From positions 3,175 through 67,174 of the forward strand of contig JAUIER010000005.1 of NCBI GenBank assembly GCA_030429765.1: a DNA stretch of 64,000 nucleotides, in the 5' to 3' direction. The position numbers and the translations under genes were made by a program. The notes below the pieces were generated by a model. The model saw only the letters and a list, made by a program, of their open reading frames with translations. It made no database searches and was not told the origin of the DNA. Shown piece after piece: positions 37,817-47,140 of the stretch (positions within the stretch are counted from its first letter, which is position 1; each line of letters opens with the position of its first letter). Origin of the DNA: a bacterium (lineage in GTDB: Bacteria; Omnitrophota; Gorgyraeia; Zapsychrales; Zapsychraceae).

Positions 37817-38927
37817 AATTGATCAAAATTTTTCAACACATTGGTTTGCATCGTCAATTCATCTGTGGCTATTTGCAGCTATGCTCTTCTTGTCGACTGC
37901 TCTGATCTTGACTGGATGTGAAAACAATACGGCCGTGGAGATCGCTACCACACCAGCCCATGAGAGATTGAAAGAAATATTAATCGAAGAAAAAAACGTA
38001 AATGCCATAACAAGAGCATTCGAAAACTCGATATGGATATACGTACCGCTAGAAAATCCGTTTCTAGAAATGTCGTCAAGTGACAAGGGCCCCCAGAAGT
38101 CCTCAGATATGCAGGAAAAATTGTCGCTTTATTACCTTGATGGCCAATTCGATGGCCAATACTTCAACGTAGCCTTTGACGTGGGACAATCTAGGTCCTA
38201 TATGAATGATCGGGGACTCCAGAACAAGTATACTGAAGAATATAGCCTTGTTAGTCGGCAAATTACCACCGCCATCAGCAGTGCTTACAGCAATATAGAA
38301 CGTAAAGTGGGAACTCACGCCTATATCGAGAAAATTCAGGGAGATCGTGATTATGCCGACCCCGGAAAGGATCGAACACACTCTGCACTAATCCAGTCAA
38401 ACGTACTTTTTGAGAAAAAAGTACCGGACTTTTTTGTAATTATTATTGCGGACATCAAGACGGGTATCGAAACCCGAAGCATGCTATATCTCCAAGACCT
38501 AAGGAGAGCCCATATGGATCATACGTTTTTCGAAGAATATGCCAAACGTAATATTACTAAACAACCCTCCGGCCATTCAATCATCATCGGAGATTCCGTA
38601 GGAGAATACGTGGACTACCACGATATCACCTGGAATGAATTCCTAATGGCCCAAATATTACACAGAATTAACTTTCAGTACTCAGTAAGTTCACAGCCTC
38701 CAAAAGATGACAAATTTGAAACATTTAAGAAAATCATCAATCAAACCCTTTCAGCATATCCTCACCGGAATTATCTAGGCGTCAAGTTAAACAATTTGAG
38801 AATAGGTAAACGAAAAACTATGGGCCTAGAAGAAATTCCAAAGTTCAAGGACTATGAAAACCCAGATGCAGGACGGATACACAATATCAAGGTTGATATA
38901 GCACCTCCAGCCCAAGGTGGAATCTAG
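37809..38927 (+). CDS. hypothetical lipoprotein coupled to the triple-AAA protease
   Basis: Hydrophobic stretch ending in an LTGC lipobox; 8-bp overlap with the upstream gene. Confidence 0.7.
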   Translation: MSKIDQNFSTHWFASSIHLWLFAAMLFLSTALILTGCENNTAVEIATTPAHERLKEILIEEKNVNAITRAFENSIWIYVPLENPFLEMSSSDKGPQKSSDMQEKLSLYYLDGQFDGQYFNVAFDVGQSRSYMNDRGLQNKYTEEYSLVSRQITTAISSAYSNIERKVGTHAYIEKIQGDRDYADPGKDRTHSALIQSNVLFEKKVPDFFVIIIADIKTGIETRSMLYLQDLRRAHMDHTFFEEYAKRNITKQPSGHSIIIGDSVGEYVDYHDITWNEFLMAQILHRINFQYSVSSQPPKDDKFETFKKIINQTLSAYPHRNYLGVKLNNLRIGKRKTMGLEEIPKFKDYENPDAGRIHNIKVDIAPPAQGGI

Positions 38928-38961
38928 TCCCTTTAATATATTCCAGATATAGATAAAAGAA

Positions 38962-39585
38962 TTACTTCGCCGGCACGATCTTGACACGACGGGCGGCCTG
39001 GACTTTGAGGCGTCCCTGTTCATACATCGCGATGGCTTTTTTGAAGACACGATGTTCAATCGCGTGGATTTTTTCGGTGAGATTTTCAAGCGTCTCTCCC
39101 TCCGGCACCTTAATGCTCTCCTGAAGGATAATCGGCCCGTTGTCCATCTTGTCGTTAACAAAATGGATCGTCACGCCGGTGATCTTGGCACCGTAGGTAA
39201 ACGCGTCCTTGATCCCCTGCTTGCCTTTAAAAGCCGGCAGCAGTGACGGATGCACATTGATGATCTTGTTGGGGAACTCCTTGACGAAATACGGCGTTAG
39301 CAACTTCATATAACCGGCTAACACAATAAAATCGATCTTGGCGCGTTTGAGGTTGATAACGATATCCCGGTCGTAACTTTGCGGGTTGGTATAGTCACGG
39401 GGATGAAGATGAAGGGTTTCAAGCCCGATCTCGGCCGCGTATTTAATCGCTTCGGCCTTGGGCTTGTTTGAAAATACCAGCGCCAGTTCAGAAGCGATTT
39501 CTCCCTTCTTCACCGCGTCGACGATGGCATGCAGATTGCTACCTTTTCCTGATACAAATACGGCAAATCGCAATGGCTTCTTCAT
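38962..39585 (-). CDS. purN: phosphoribosylglycinamide formyltransferase
   Basis: VSGKGSNL, LAGYMKLL, INVHPSLLPAF, GVTIHFV...DNGPII. Confidence 0.98.
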   Translation of the reverse strand: MKKPLRFAVFVSGKGSNLHAIVDAVKKGEIASELALVFSNKPKAEAIKYAAEIGLETLHLHPRDYTNPQSYDRDIVINLKRAKIDFIVLAGYMKLLTPYFVKEFPNKIINVHPSLLPAFKGKQGIKDAFTYGAKITGVTIHFVNDKMDNGPIILQESIKVPEGETLENLTEKIHAIEHRVFKKAIAMYEQGRLKVQAARRVKIVPAK

Positions 39586-39717
39586 AGTATTTCAAGGTGA
39601 ATCAATTAATCAAGCGTCTCGGTTAACTTCCTAAGTATGCCATTTTCTGACGAAATATCAATGCTTTGTTGAAAAATTACCAGCCATTTCCAAAATATTT
39701 AAAGCGTCGACAATTGC

Positions 39718-41238
39718 CTAATAATTATGCAATGATCGACGGTTCAACGCCGTCAATACCTGGTCCAGATTGTCTTTATACAGTGTTTCGAAGATCATCG
39801 GGTCGGGAACACGTTGATACATCCGTAAGGCCTCGGCGTAGCGCCCCTGATCGGCCAACGCCTTGCCGGCCCCCACCAGCGCGTCGACATTCAGCGGATC
39901 GACGAGCAGCGACTGTTTGTAGTGAAATTCGGCCTTATCAAACTTTTGGGCGTAGGCGAAACACACGGCCAGCGAATTTCTCACCCGGATATTGCCCGGA
40001 TGATGTTCCAGCGACCGCTGAAACATGGCCACTTGATTGGTCGCGTAGATGTTCTGCTGAAGCAGTGTCACAAACAAGTACAGCGCGTAGCCGCCGATCA
40101 CGAACACCTGAATGCGCGGATTGAGCCGGACGCGCTCGGTGAACAGCCAGTTCACGGCAAACACAAGGATCATCAGCAATCCCAGCACCGGCAGATACAA
40201 AAAGTGATCGGCCGTTGAGATACGGTCCTGCGGCGCGCGGATCGGGATGATCTGCATCACCGTTAAAAAATTGATCACGGTCCAGATCAATCCAAACTGA
40301 ATCACCGGACTCATCCGTTTCCAGCACACCGCGATCACGATCAGGATCACCGCCCAGACGCCCAACACCATCCATGCCTGCGGCGTCATCGACAAAAACA
40401 ACGGCGTGGTATGATCATAATAAAACTCCACCGGCAGCGCCGACTGCGCCACATACGTCAACGCCGTGCGCGCAAAGGTCAATACCCCCAGCCCAAGCTC
40501 AGCCGGCGTCGCCCAGAAATTCATGGCATTGATCCCCAACCCGCGGCGAACCATCAAATAGAGCATCGCCGCTAGCGCGTATGGCCATAAATTCACGATG
40601 GACGCAATCCTGTTCTGCCGCTTAAAGATCCACACATACGCGGCAAGAACGCCCGGCAGCACAATCGCCGATTCTTTGGACAACAATGCTCCTAAGTAAC
40701 AAATCAATGATATCAGTAAAAATCCCATTCCCCGCTCCGCCGCCAGCCTGCGCTGGAAAAAAACAAACGCCGCGAGAAAAAAAGTCGAACATAAAATGAT
40801 CGAGCGTCCCGGGATATTCGCCACCGCCTCCCAGTGGACAGGATGAATCAGATAAAACAGGGCGCACAAAAAGGCCAGCTGACGCGTAGCCATAATCCGG
40901 CACAGGATCAAAAAGGCTAGAAACGCGTTGGTGATATGCAATCCAACATTGGTAAGGTTATAGAAAAACGAGTTGAGCCCGAACAGCTGATGCTCAATCA
41001 GGAAGGTCACCAGCACCATCGGCCGGTAATACGAATTTCCGTGGAAAAATGAGGTGGTGAAGATCTCGTCGAGCTGATCCCACCCATGGACGCGCGGATT
41101 ATTGATGATCGAGATCTGATCGTCCATGGTCTTGAACTGCGTGGGCAGGATCACGGCGTAGGCCGCCAGCCCCACCAGGGCGAGGATCAGATAGACTTTT
41201 TTTGAGGACTGAAGCCAGTTGTTCAGCAAATCAATCAT
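39718..41238 (-). CDS. TMTC-like GT-C glycosyltransferase with C-terminal TPRs
   Basis: DD..I..NP, YYRP, HPVHWEAV.NI.GR, LLSKES and ADHFLYLP motifs; multiple TMs; TPR tail. Confidence 0.85.
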   Translation of the reverse strand: MIDLLNNWLQSSKKVYLILALVGLAAYAVILPTQFKTMDDQISIINNPRVHGWDQLDEIFTTSFFHGNSYYRPMVLVTFLIEHQLFGLNSFFYNLTNVGLHITNAFLAFLILCRIMATRQLAFLCALFYLIHPVHWEAVANIPGRSIILCSTFFLAAFVFFQRRLAAERGMGFLLISLICYLGALLSKESAIVLPGVLAAYVWIFKRQNRIASIVNLWPYALAAMLYLMVRRGLGINAMNFWATPAELGLGVLTFARTALTYVAQSALPVEFYYDHTTPLFLSMTPQAWMVLGVWAVILIVIAVCWKRMSPVIQFGLIWTVINFLTVMQIIPIRAPQDRISTADHFLYLPVLGLLMILVFAVNWLFTERVRLNPRIQVFVIGGYALYLFVTLLQQNIYATNQVAMFQRSLEHHPGNIRVRNSLAVCFAYAQKFDKAEFHYKQSLLVDPLNVDALVGAGKALADQGRYAEALRMYQRVPDPMIFETLYKDNLDQVLTALNRRSLHNY

Positions 41239-41289
41239 GCGGATTGTCTCGACGCCGGGACAGGGCGTCCGGTTGATACCACATCCGCG

Positions 41290-41688
41290 TTATTCAGGGA
41301 TAGTCAGTTTCTGGGAGTCTTTGCGGATAAATCTGGGGCCGATACGGATCTCTTCCAAACCAAAACTCGCGCCTTGTTCACGGACCACAAAGTACAGCAG
41401 ATAATTCCGGTCCGGATATCCGAACAGGTCCACATCCACCGTCACAATGTAACTGCCGTCCGGTTGTTCATTGACATTCCCCAGGATGCCGTAGAGCTCA
41501 AACCATTCCTCGGCGCCGGTCTCGGGATGTTTGAGATTAAAGATCCCACTATCCTTGGACTCGGTCATGATAAATTCTTTGGTGAACTCGAGCATCGCCG
41601 CCTGCCGTTCGGGCGTCAGCGCCGCCGATAGACTCGGGACAGAGCCGAACAGAAACAGAACCGTCAATAAACACAAAAAACCGCGCAT
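41290..41688 (-). CDS. exported hypothetical protein
   Basis: Signal peptide MRGFLCLLTVLFLFGSVPSLSA from ATG 41688. Confidence 0.6.
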   Translation of the reverse strand: MRGFLCLLTVLFLFGSVPSLSAALTPERQAAMLEFTKEFIMTESKDSGIFNLKHPETGAEEWFELYGILGNVNEQPDGSYIVTVDVDLFGYPDRNYLLYFVVREQGASFGLEEIRIGPRFIRKDSQKLTIPE

Positions 41689-41797
41689 GTTGGTCATCCT
41701 TGTCGATAAATCGTCCGTATTTGCTAGTATTGTACTGGGAATCCCCGTCGATTTCAATCGGGAAAATGGGAAAAGGTGGTCTTGAAAATACTGATTT

Positions 41798-42043
41798 TTA
41801 TCGATTTGGAGGTACAACTGGCGAATCGTCCAGATCCATATTATCTATTGTCTTATCGGGCATCCAACAGAATTCTATATCTCCTACGCCTCCGGATCCC
41901 TCAAAATCACTCCGAAGATGAAAATGCGATTGGGTGGACTTCATCTTCTCCAAGGCAGCGATCAGGCAATCGATCTGCTGGGTTTTCATACCAATTGTGA
42001 TCCCGTACCAACCAGTTTTGAAATTTTCAATATCAGCTCTCAT
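41798..42043 (-). CDS. small hypothetical (immunity-like) protein
   Basis: Short ORF with HFHL motif next to an Imm8-like gene. Confidence 0.5.
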   Translation of the reverse strand: MRADIENFKTGWYGITIGMKTQQIDCLIAALEKMKSTQSHFHLRSDFEGSGGVGDIEFCWMPDKTIDNMDLDDSPVVPPNR

Positions 42044-42109
42044 ATGATCCTCACAGGGATGGCATTCAGATTCACCATCATTACGATTGGTACTCAGCAA
42101 TGGATGAAC

Positions 42110-42451
42110 TTACCAATCACATTTGTATTGCAGAAACCCATTAAATTTTTGGACGATACTCGTCCAATCTTTACAATCTTGCGCATACATGAATAGCTTT
42201 TCCAATCGATTTCTTATACTGTCCCAGTCAAATTCATGAAGAACCATGGTGTTCTGGATAAAAGTCAAACTATCCAATTTCGCCAAACTTGATGGAGACA
42301 TAACCCGAAAAACAAAACAGTGATGCTCTATTTGACCAACTCCCGATAAAACAACATAAATCCAGATTTCAAAATCCGTGGAATTTTCGGGAAGCCCGCT
42401 TCTGCTGGGTTGAAGATCATCACTCCACATGTCGTCGATTTGAAGCTTCAT
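42110..42451 (-). CDS. Imm8-like immunity protein
   Basis: P....F.IWI...L...G....F.F.V.SP..L......LHEFDWDSIR.RLEK......DW..I pattern resembling Imm8. Confidence 0.65.
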   Translation of the reverse strand: MKLQIDDMWSDDLQPSRSGLPENSTDFEIWIYVVLSGVGQIEHHCFVFRVMSPSSLAKLDSLTFIQNTMVLHEFDWDSIRNRLEKLFMYAQDCKDWTSIVQKFNGFLQYKCDW

Positions 42452-42508
42452 ATGTTCATAATTCTACTTCCAACAACCGTTCGTGTCCACTTCCATGAAA
42501 ATACAGAT

Positions 42509-43327
42509 TTACTTTCTGCCCGAAACTCTGGTCAGGGCGATGCCAGCCAGCAGCACCCCAAAGACACACACCACACTGGGTCCGGTTGGCAGGTCCAGCC
42601 CGTAGGAGACAATCATGCCCAGCACGCTGCCGATCATCCCGATGATCCATCCGAGGATCAAACGAGATTTGAGATCATCCGTCAGGATCATCGCGCAGAC
42701 GGCCGGGATGACCAGAAATGAAAAGACTAAATACACGCCCGCGATCTTGACCGAACTGGTGACAACCAGCCCAAACGTCGCGTAAAACAAAAAGTCCCAA
42801 CCCCGAACATTTAATCCCTGTCGAAATGCCAGTTTGGGAGACGCCGAAATCAGACTGAACGGCTTACGGAAAATATAATGCAACGCCCCCACGATCACAT
42901 AGATCACAAACATCTGAAACACCTCAGCCCCGCTGACCAGCAGCACATTGCCGACGAGTGATTGGCGAATGTGTTCCATACCTTCACCGGAAAAGCTCAA
43001 GACAATCATCATCAGGGCCGACGACACGATGTAAACGATACCGATGATCGCCTCCTGGGGAACGGTTTGATGTTTGAACCGGGTCATGGCGAACAGGCCG
43101 GCCCCGACGAGGGTAAAGCCCAGGGCGATCAAATAGCCCGGCAGACTATCCAGACCAAAACCCAGGACAAGCGCGATACTCGCGCCAAGCACAGCAATCT
43201 GCGCCAGCGCCAGGTCCACAAAAATAACCTGGCGCTGGATCACATGTAATCCCAAATAGGCATGAATACCCGTCAACACAAAACAGGCTAGTAACGGCAT
43301 CAGCATAATCTGGAAAAAATCGATCAT
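42509..43327 (-). CDS. metal ABC transporter permease (ABC-3/ZnuB-like)
   Basis: GLHVIQRQVIFVDLALAQIA, EAIIGIVY, VKIAGVYLVFSFLVIPA, DLPTGP. Confidence 0.92.
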   Translation of the reverse strand: MIDFFQIMLMPLLACFVLTGIHAYLGLHVIQRQVIFVDLALAQIAVLGASIALVLGFGLDSLPGYLIALGFTLVGAGLFAMTRFKHQTVPQEAIIGIVYIVSSALMMIVLSFSGEGMEHIRQSLVGNVLLVSGAEVFQMFVIYVIVGALHYIFRKPFSLISASPKLAFRQGLNVRGWDFLFYATFGLVVTSSVKIAGVYLVFSFLVIPAVCAMILTDDLKSRLILGWIIGMIGSVLGMIVSYGLDLPTGPSVVCVFGVLLAGIALTRVSGRK

Positions 43328-44235
43328 AGACGGAATCCTTTAGCGACACCTTGCACAATCTGGTCCATCAACGAAAAGTAATCGTCCGCTGATTTCGTCC
43401 CTCCGACGGAGACCGGCGCCTTCACCACGTTCGCGCTTGTTCGATCGGCTATAAATTGAGCCGCGTCCGTTTTATAGATGTTCTCATTGAGGATCACCCG
43501 CACATGATTGTCTTTGACCACTTGCACAATCTTTTTGAGATGGGACGGTGATGGCGGCACACCGGGTTTTGACTCCAGCTCGCCGATCACATCCAGATTG
43601 AACCGTTCAGCAAAATACGACCACGACTGATGATACGTAATGATCTTCTCGCCCGAATATGGCGACAGGACACGCTGCCACTCCGCCATCTTCAAATCAA
43701 TCTGACGATTAAAGGCGGTCAGATTGGCATTGAATTCAGATTCATACTCAGGTGCAATCTCCGACAGACGCGAGGCAATGTCGTGGGCGACCGTCTTCAT
43801 ATTCATCGGATCCAGCCAGTAATGCGGATTGCCGTGGGCATGAATGTCTCCCATGGACCGGTCGACTTCATGCGGCACATCCATCGGATGAATATTGGCG
43901 GACGCGTCCAGATGCCCGCGCCGTCCGACGCGGATATCCGGATTGCGGGCCCCTTCGAGGATCAATGACTCATAACCGATTTCCAGATCAAACCCAACGC
44001 GTACAAACAGGTCGGCCTTTTTGGCCTTCATCATGTACGACGGTTTGGCTTGAAGGAAATGATAGTTCTGATGTCCGGATCCAAGGCTATACACCTTGAC
44101 CCGATCGCCTCCGATGTGTTCGACCACACTTTTGAGATCGGCGGTTGTGGTCACCACGTTAATCGTACTGGCCGATACCGGAGCGGACGCACAACAAAGA
44201 CATACCAAAAATGCTAAACGTAATATGTTTCGCAT
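43324..44235 (-). CDS. metal ABC substrate-binding protein (ZnuA/TroA-like)
   Basis: VVTTT.DL, QNYH, GDIHAHGNPHYWLDP, TYHQSWSYF. Confidence 0.93.
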   Translation of the reverse strand: MRNILRLAFLVCLCCASAPVSASTINVVTTTADLKSVVEHIGGDRVKVYSLGSGHQNYHFLQAKPSYMMKAKKADLFVRVGFDLEIGYESLILEGARNPDIRVGRRGHLDASANIHPMDVPHEVDRSMGDIHAHGNPHYWLDPMNMKTVAHDIASRLSEIAPEYESEFNANLTAFNRQIDLKMAEWQRVLSPYSGEKIITYHQSWSYFAERFNLDVIGELESKPGVPPSPSHLKKIVQVVKDNHVRVILNENIYKTDAAQFIADRTSANVVKAPVSVGGTKSADDYFSLMDQIVQGVAKGFRL

Positions 44236-44246
44236 AGTTTCCTCCT

Positions 44247-45470
44247 TTACCGGTACGCATGCGGTTTGTGCGGCCCAATCGAGAAGTCTAACTGAAACCA
44301 GACGGTGTTATCATCCGCCGACATTTCATTGTCCGTGTGAGTATACATCACACGCCAGAAAACGTACTCGCTTTGCGCGAAGGTCAGACCAGCCGAATAG
44401 GCGTGCGTGTCTTCGTTGGATGCCGTCGGGGTTTGACTAAAGTCGTATCGGCCAAACGCCCACCATCGATCCGTCAGCTGCTGCTCCAGCGACGTAAACA
44501 TCCCCCAGGAATTGATATCATTCCCCATGGCTTGCTCACGCGTATTAAACACGGCTTCTGTATGGGATGTCGTCCGACGCTGATCGAATAACTCTGTATT
44601 GACCGTGACATCGAAACCAGATAGATGTGTTTCGGCACCGTTCCCCAATCCATTTTCGCCAAAGGCATAACTCGCCCCGACTTCCAAGGACGTGATATCG
44701 GTCAATTCGAAAAAGTTTTTCCAGTGTCCTAGATAGATGGTCTCGCCTTCTTCACCGCCACCGAAGACGGTCCCGCCATTATTGACGGCTTCAAGGGTGA
44801 TTTCCGAAAAGATATCGGCCGGATTTGGAATCAAGTAGCTCAAACTCGCACCGGCTTCACTAAACCCTTCTTCGCCGAAGAAATTCTGGACCACCAACGG
44901 ATAATTGGTCCACGGCAATTGATGCAAATGCATCCGGTTGGCCTTGCCGAAGAACGGCCGAAACTTACCGAACTTACCCTGCAAATTGGCAATCGGAGTT
45001 TCCAACAAGGTCAGATAGCCCTCCTCGATCGCAACTACGGTATCACCGTCTTCATTCTCGACGGCCACAATCACATCCGCGCGTGCCCAGGTATCCACAT
45101 TGGCCGAGAAGGCAATTTCCACTTCACGCAGGTTGAAGTCATTATCGCCTTCGCCGCCGTTATCATCCGCCTTGTAGACGAAATCGCCGATCACACTCAC
45201 CTCGGGGTTCAAGGTCGAAAGGATTCCTTTGGACTCTTCGTCACGGGCCTGCTTGAATTTGTCAAAGCTGGCCTGCAGCTCCTGGATGGTTTCCTGATCT
45301 TCGCGGGCCTGCACGTGCTTTTCTTGTTCGAGTTCCTGAATGCGGTTTTCCATCACACGCATTTGCCGCTGCATTTGCCGCATCATTTGTTTTAATTCGG
45401 ATAATTCATCGGCCCACACCGGCGATCCCGCCAGCACAAACACGATGATCAATAATAGTACTTTTTGCAT
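44247..45470 (-). CDS. outer-membrane beta-barrel metal receptor/porin
   Basis: Signal peptide, coiled coil, LNPEVSVIGD, FNLREVE, N.MH.H, C-terminal GPHKPHAY. Confidence 0.8.
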   Translation of the reverse strand: MQKVLLLIIVFVLAGSPVWADELSELKQMMRQMQRQMRVMENRIQELEQEKHVQAREDQETIQELQASFDKFKQARDEESKGILSTLNPEVSVIGDFVYKADDNGGEGDNDFNLREVEIAFSANVDTWARADVIVAVENEDGDTVVAIEEGYLTLLETPIANLQGKFGKFRPFFGKANRMHLHQLPWTNYPLVVQNFFGEEGFSEAGASLSYLIPNPADIFSEITLEAVNNGGTVFGGGEEGETIYLGHWKNFFELTDITSLEVGASYAFGENGLGNGAETHLSGFDVTVNTELFDQRRTTSHTEAVFNTREQAMGNDINSWGMFTSLEQQLTDRWWAFGRYDFSQTPTASNEDTHAYSAGLTFAQSEYVFWRVMYTHTDNEMSADDNTVWFQLDFSIGPHKPHAYR

Positions 45471-45534
45471 GAATCATCTCCTGTTGATACACGTTGATTG
45501 TCTTATTCAAAGGTGCTGCTTGAGGTAAGGTGTA

Positions 45535-45888
45535 TCAAACCATTGGAGGCGCTCGAAGAGCTGGCAGGAAAAAGGATGTCCCATTAAGCTCGGGACGGCA
45601 GGAATTACATGGAATGAATTCGATCCGGATCTGTATCGTGGCCGCGATCACCACGAAGACAATCATCGCCTGGACCAGGAACTGATACAGCGGACAGTCC
45701 TCCCGGTCGCCATCCGCCGGCACGTGACCGGCTGGTGCAGCATGAGCGTGTCCCGCCGAATGGTCGCACACGGTGTCATGATTGTGCACTAGATCATGCA
45801 CAAACTCGCCCCCCACGGATAAAAAAGCAAATCCGAGAACGGCCAGACAAACCAGACACTTGAGAAACAGATTAGATTTTTTACGCAT
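45535..45888 (-). CDS. His-rich DUF2946-like leader protein ending in RAPP
   Basis: N-terminal TM, HNHDTVCDHSAGHAH, DCP, C-terminal LRAPPMV. Confidence 0.7.
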   Translation of the reverse strand: MRKKSNLFLKCLVCLAVLGFAFLSVGGEFVHDLVHNHDTVCDHSAGHAHAAPAGHVPADGDREDCPLYQFLVQAMIVFVVIAATIQIRIEFIPCNSCRPELNGTSFFLPALRAPPMV

Positions 45889-45945
45889 ATTTTGAATCAT
45901 ATGAAAGTTGGGTCTATCAAACTGGCTTTGTGTTGTCAAAGTATC

Positions 45946-46350
45946 CTATGATTTGGAGGCCTGACATTTAGGGCACGATTCACACATCTTTAAATTCAGA
46001 AAGTGTGTGGCAATCAATAAAATACCCACGACCATCGCGACGAACGGCTCCGCCGAGTCTCCGAATATTCCCTTGTTCAGCGACAAGGCAAAACCCATGG
46101 CCAGCGGAATAAATACCGCACCGTGCTTATGCTTGAACGCAAACTGGTAAAATGTAACCACGGCACAGAGCCCGAAGGTGACATTCCACGACCAGAACTC
46201 AAAACTCTCGGACGCGATAAAACTCAGATTCAGCAGGACCAGGGCCGGCAAAATAAACGGCACCAGCAGACAATGGACCGCACAGATCCCGGATAGGACG
46301 ATTCCCAATTGATCCAGTTTGGTTGCAGATTTCTTTAAAGCAAAATTCAT
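45946..46350 (-). CDS. MerC-domain membrane protein
   Basis: LDQLGIVLSGICAVHCLLVP; four TMs; H..N tail. Confidence 0.85.
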   Translation of the reverse strand: MNFALKKSATKLDQLGIVLSGICAVHCLLVPFILPALVLLNLSFIASESFEFWSWNVTFGLCAVVTFYQFAFKHKHGAVFIPLAMGFALSLNKGIFGDSAEPFVAMVVGILLIATHFLNLKMCESCPKCQASKS

Positions 46351-46387
46351 GTTCGTCTCCCGTGTTTTTACTTCTTTCTCTTAACAA

Positions 46388-46654
46388 TTAGTGATGATCA
46401 TGACATTCACCCACCACCATTTCGTGACACTCCTCGCATTCGGTGAGATCATGCGAAGCGACCAAGGCCTCCCAATGCTTCTTTCTGTGACCATTCAATA
46501 CCCCTGTCCCCTTGCAGAACGGACAGGCACTATCCAGGGCCGCCAATACCGCATTTCGAATAAATTCAGATCGATTCGACACCCCGGCCAACATCTGTTT
46601 CAACGACTTTTCCACCTTAAACGTAACCACTTCAAGATCATTTGACTCTGGCAT
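46388..46654 (-). CDS. ribbon-helix-helix (CopG-like) regulator with a Cys/His metal-binding tail
   Basis: VVTFKVE..L......NRSEFIRNAV (RHH) followed by CPFC.GTG...CEECHE...CHDHH; GAGGAG RBS before ATG 46654. Confidence 0.8.
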   Translation of the reverse strand: MPESNDLEVVTFKVEKSLKQMLAGVSNRSEFIRNAVLAALDSACPFCKGTGVLNGHRKKHWEALVASHDLTECEECHEMVVGECHDHH

Positions 46655-46670
46655 AACGCCCTCCTCTTGG

Positions 46671-46709
46671 TAATACTGGGTATTATCCATAAACTGACCA
46701 ATTCGTCAA
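46671..46709 (-). promoter_or_regulatory. promoter with an overlapping palindromic operator
   Basis: TTGACG-N16-GATAAT on the minus strand; TAATAC-TGG-GTATTA palindrome at 46671-46685. Confidence 0.5.
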
Positions 46710-46830
46710 GGGTAATTTAGACATTGCTATATCACATTGAAGTAATTGATCGGTTTGCCTGGGTGATCTGACACCCGGCATCGTTATTAGCGGCGGGGAT
46801 TCATATTATCAGTGTGGAATAGCTCCCTAC

Positions 46831-47016
46831 TCAGTTAACTTTTCTTAACGAGCGTATTCCCGCAATAAGGAGTATTCCACCAAAAACAACGGCGACGAGC
46901 TGCCCAACCCCGTATGCCCCATCTCCAAACCCCGTTGTACATAATTTTACAATGCTATTAATGAGGATAAGTCCTCCCCAAATGGTGGCAATCCAGCCAA
47001 GAATTTTAATTTTCAT
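46831..47016 (-). CDS. small two-TM membrane protein
   Basis: 61 aa, two hydrophobic helices, GAYGVGQ linker. Confidence 0.55.
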   Translation of the reverse strand: MKIKILGWIATIWGGLILINSIVKLCTTGFGDGAYGVGQLVAVVFGGILLIAGIRSLRKVN

Positions 47017-47140
47017 ATAGTCCTGTTCGTACGTATTATTCGAATCAAATATTTAAATTGCTTGGAAGCTAATTCAGGCATGCTAAAAGTGTCTGGAGAA
47101 TGTATGTCAGCGATTGCGAATATTTTTAGTTTCTTCATAT

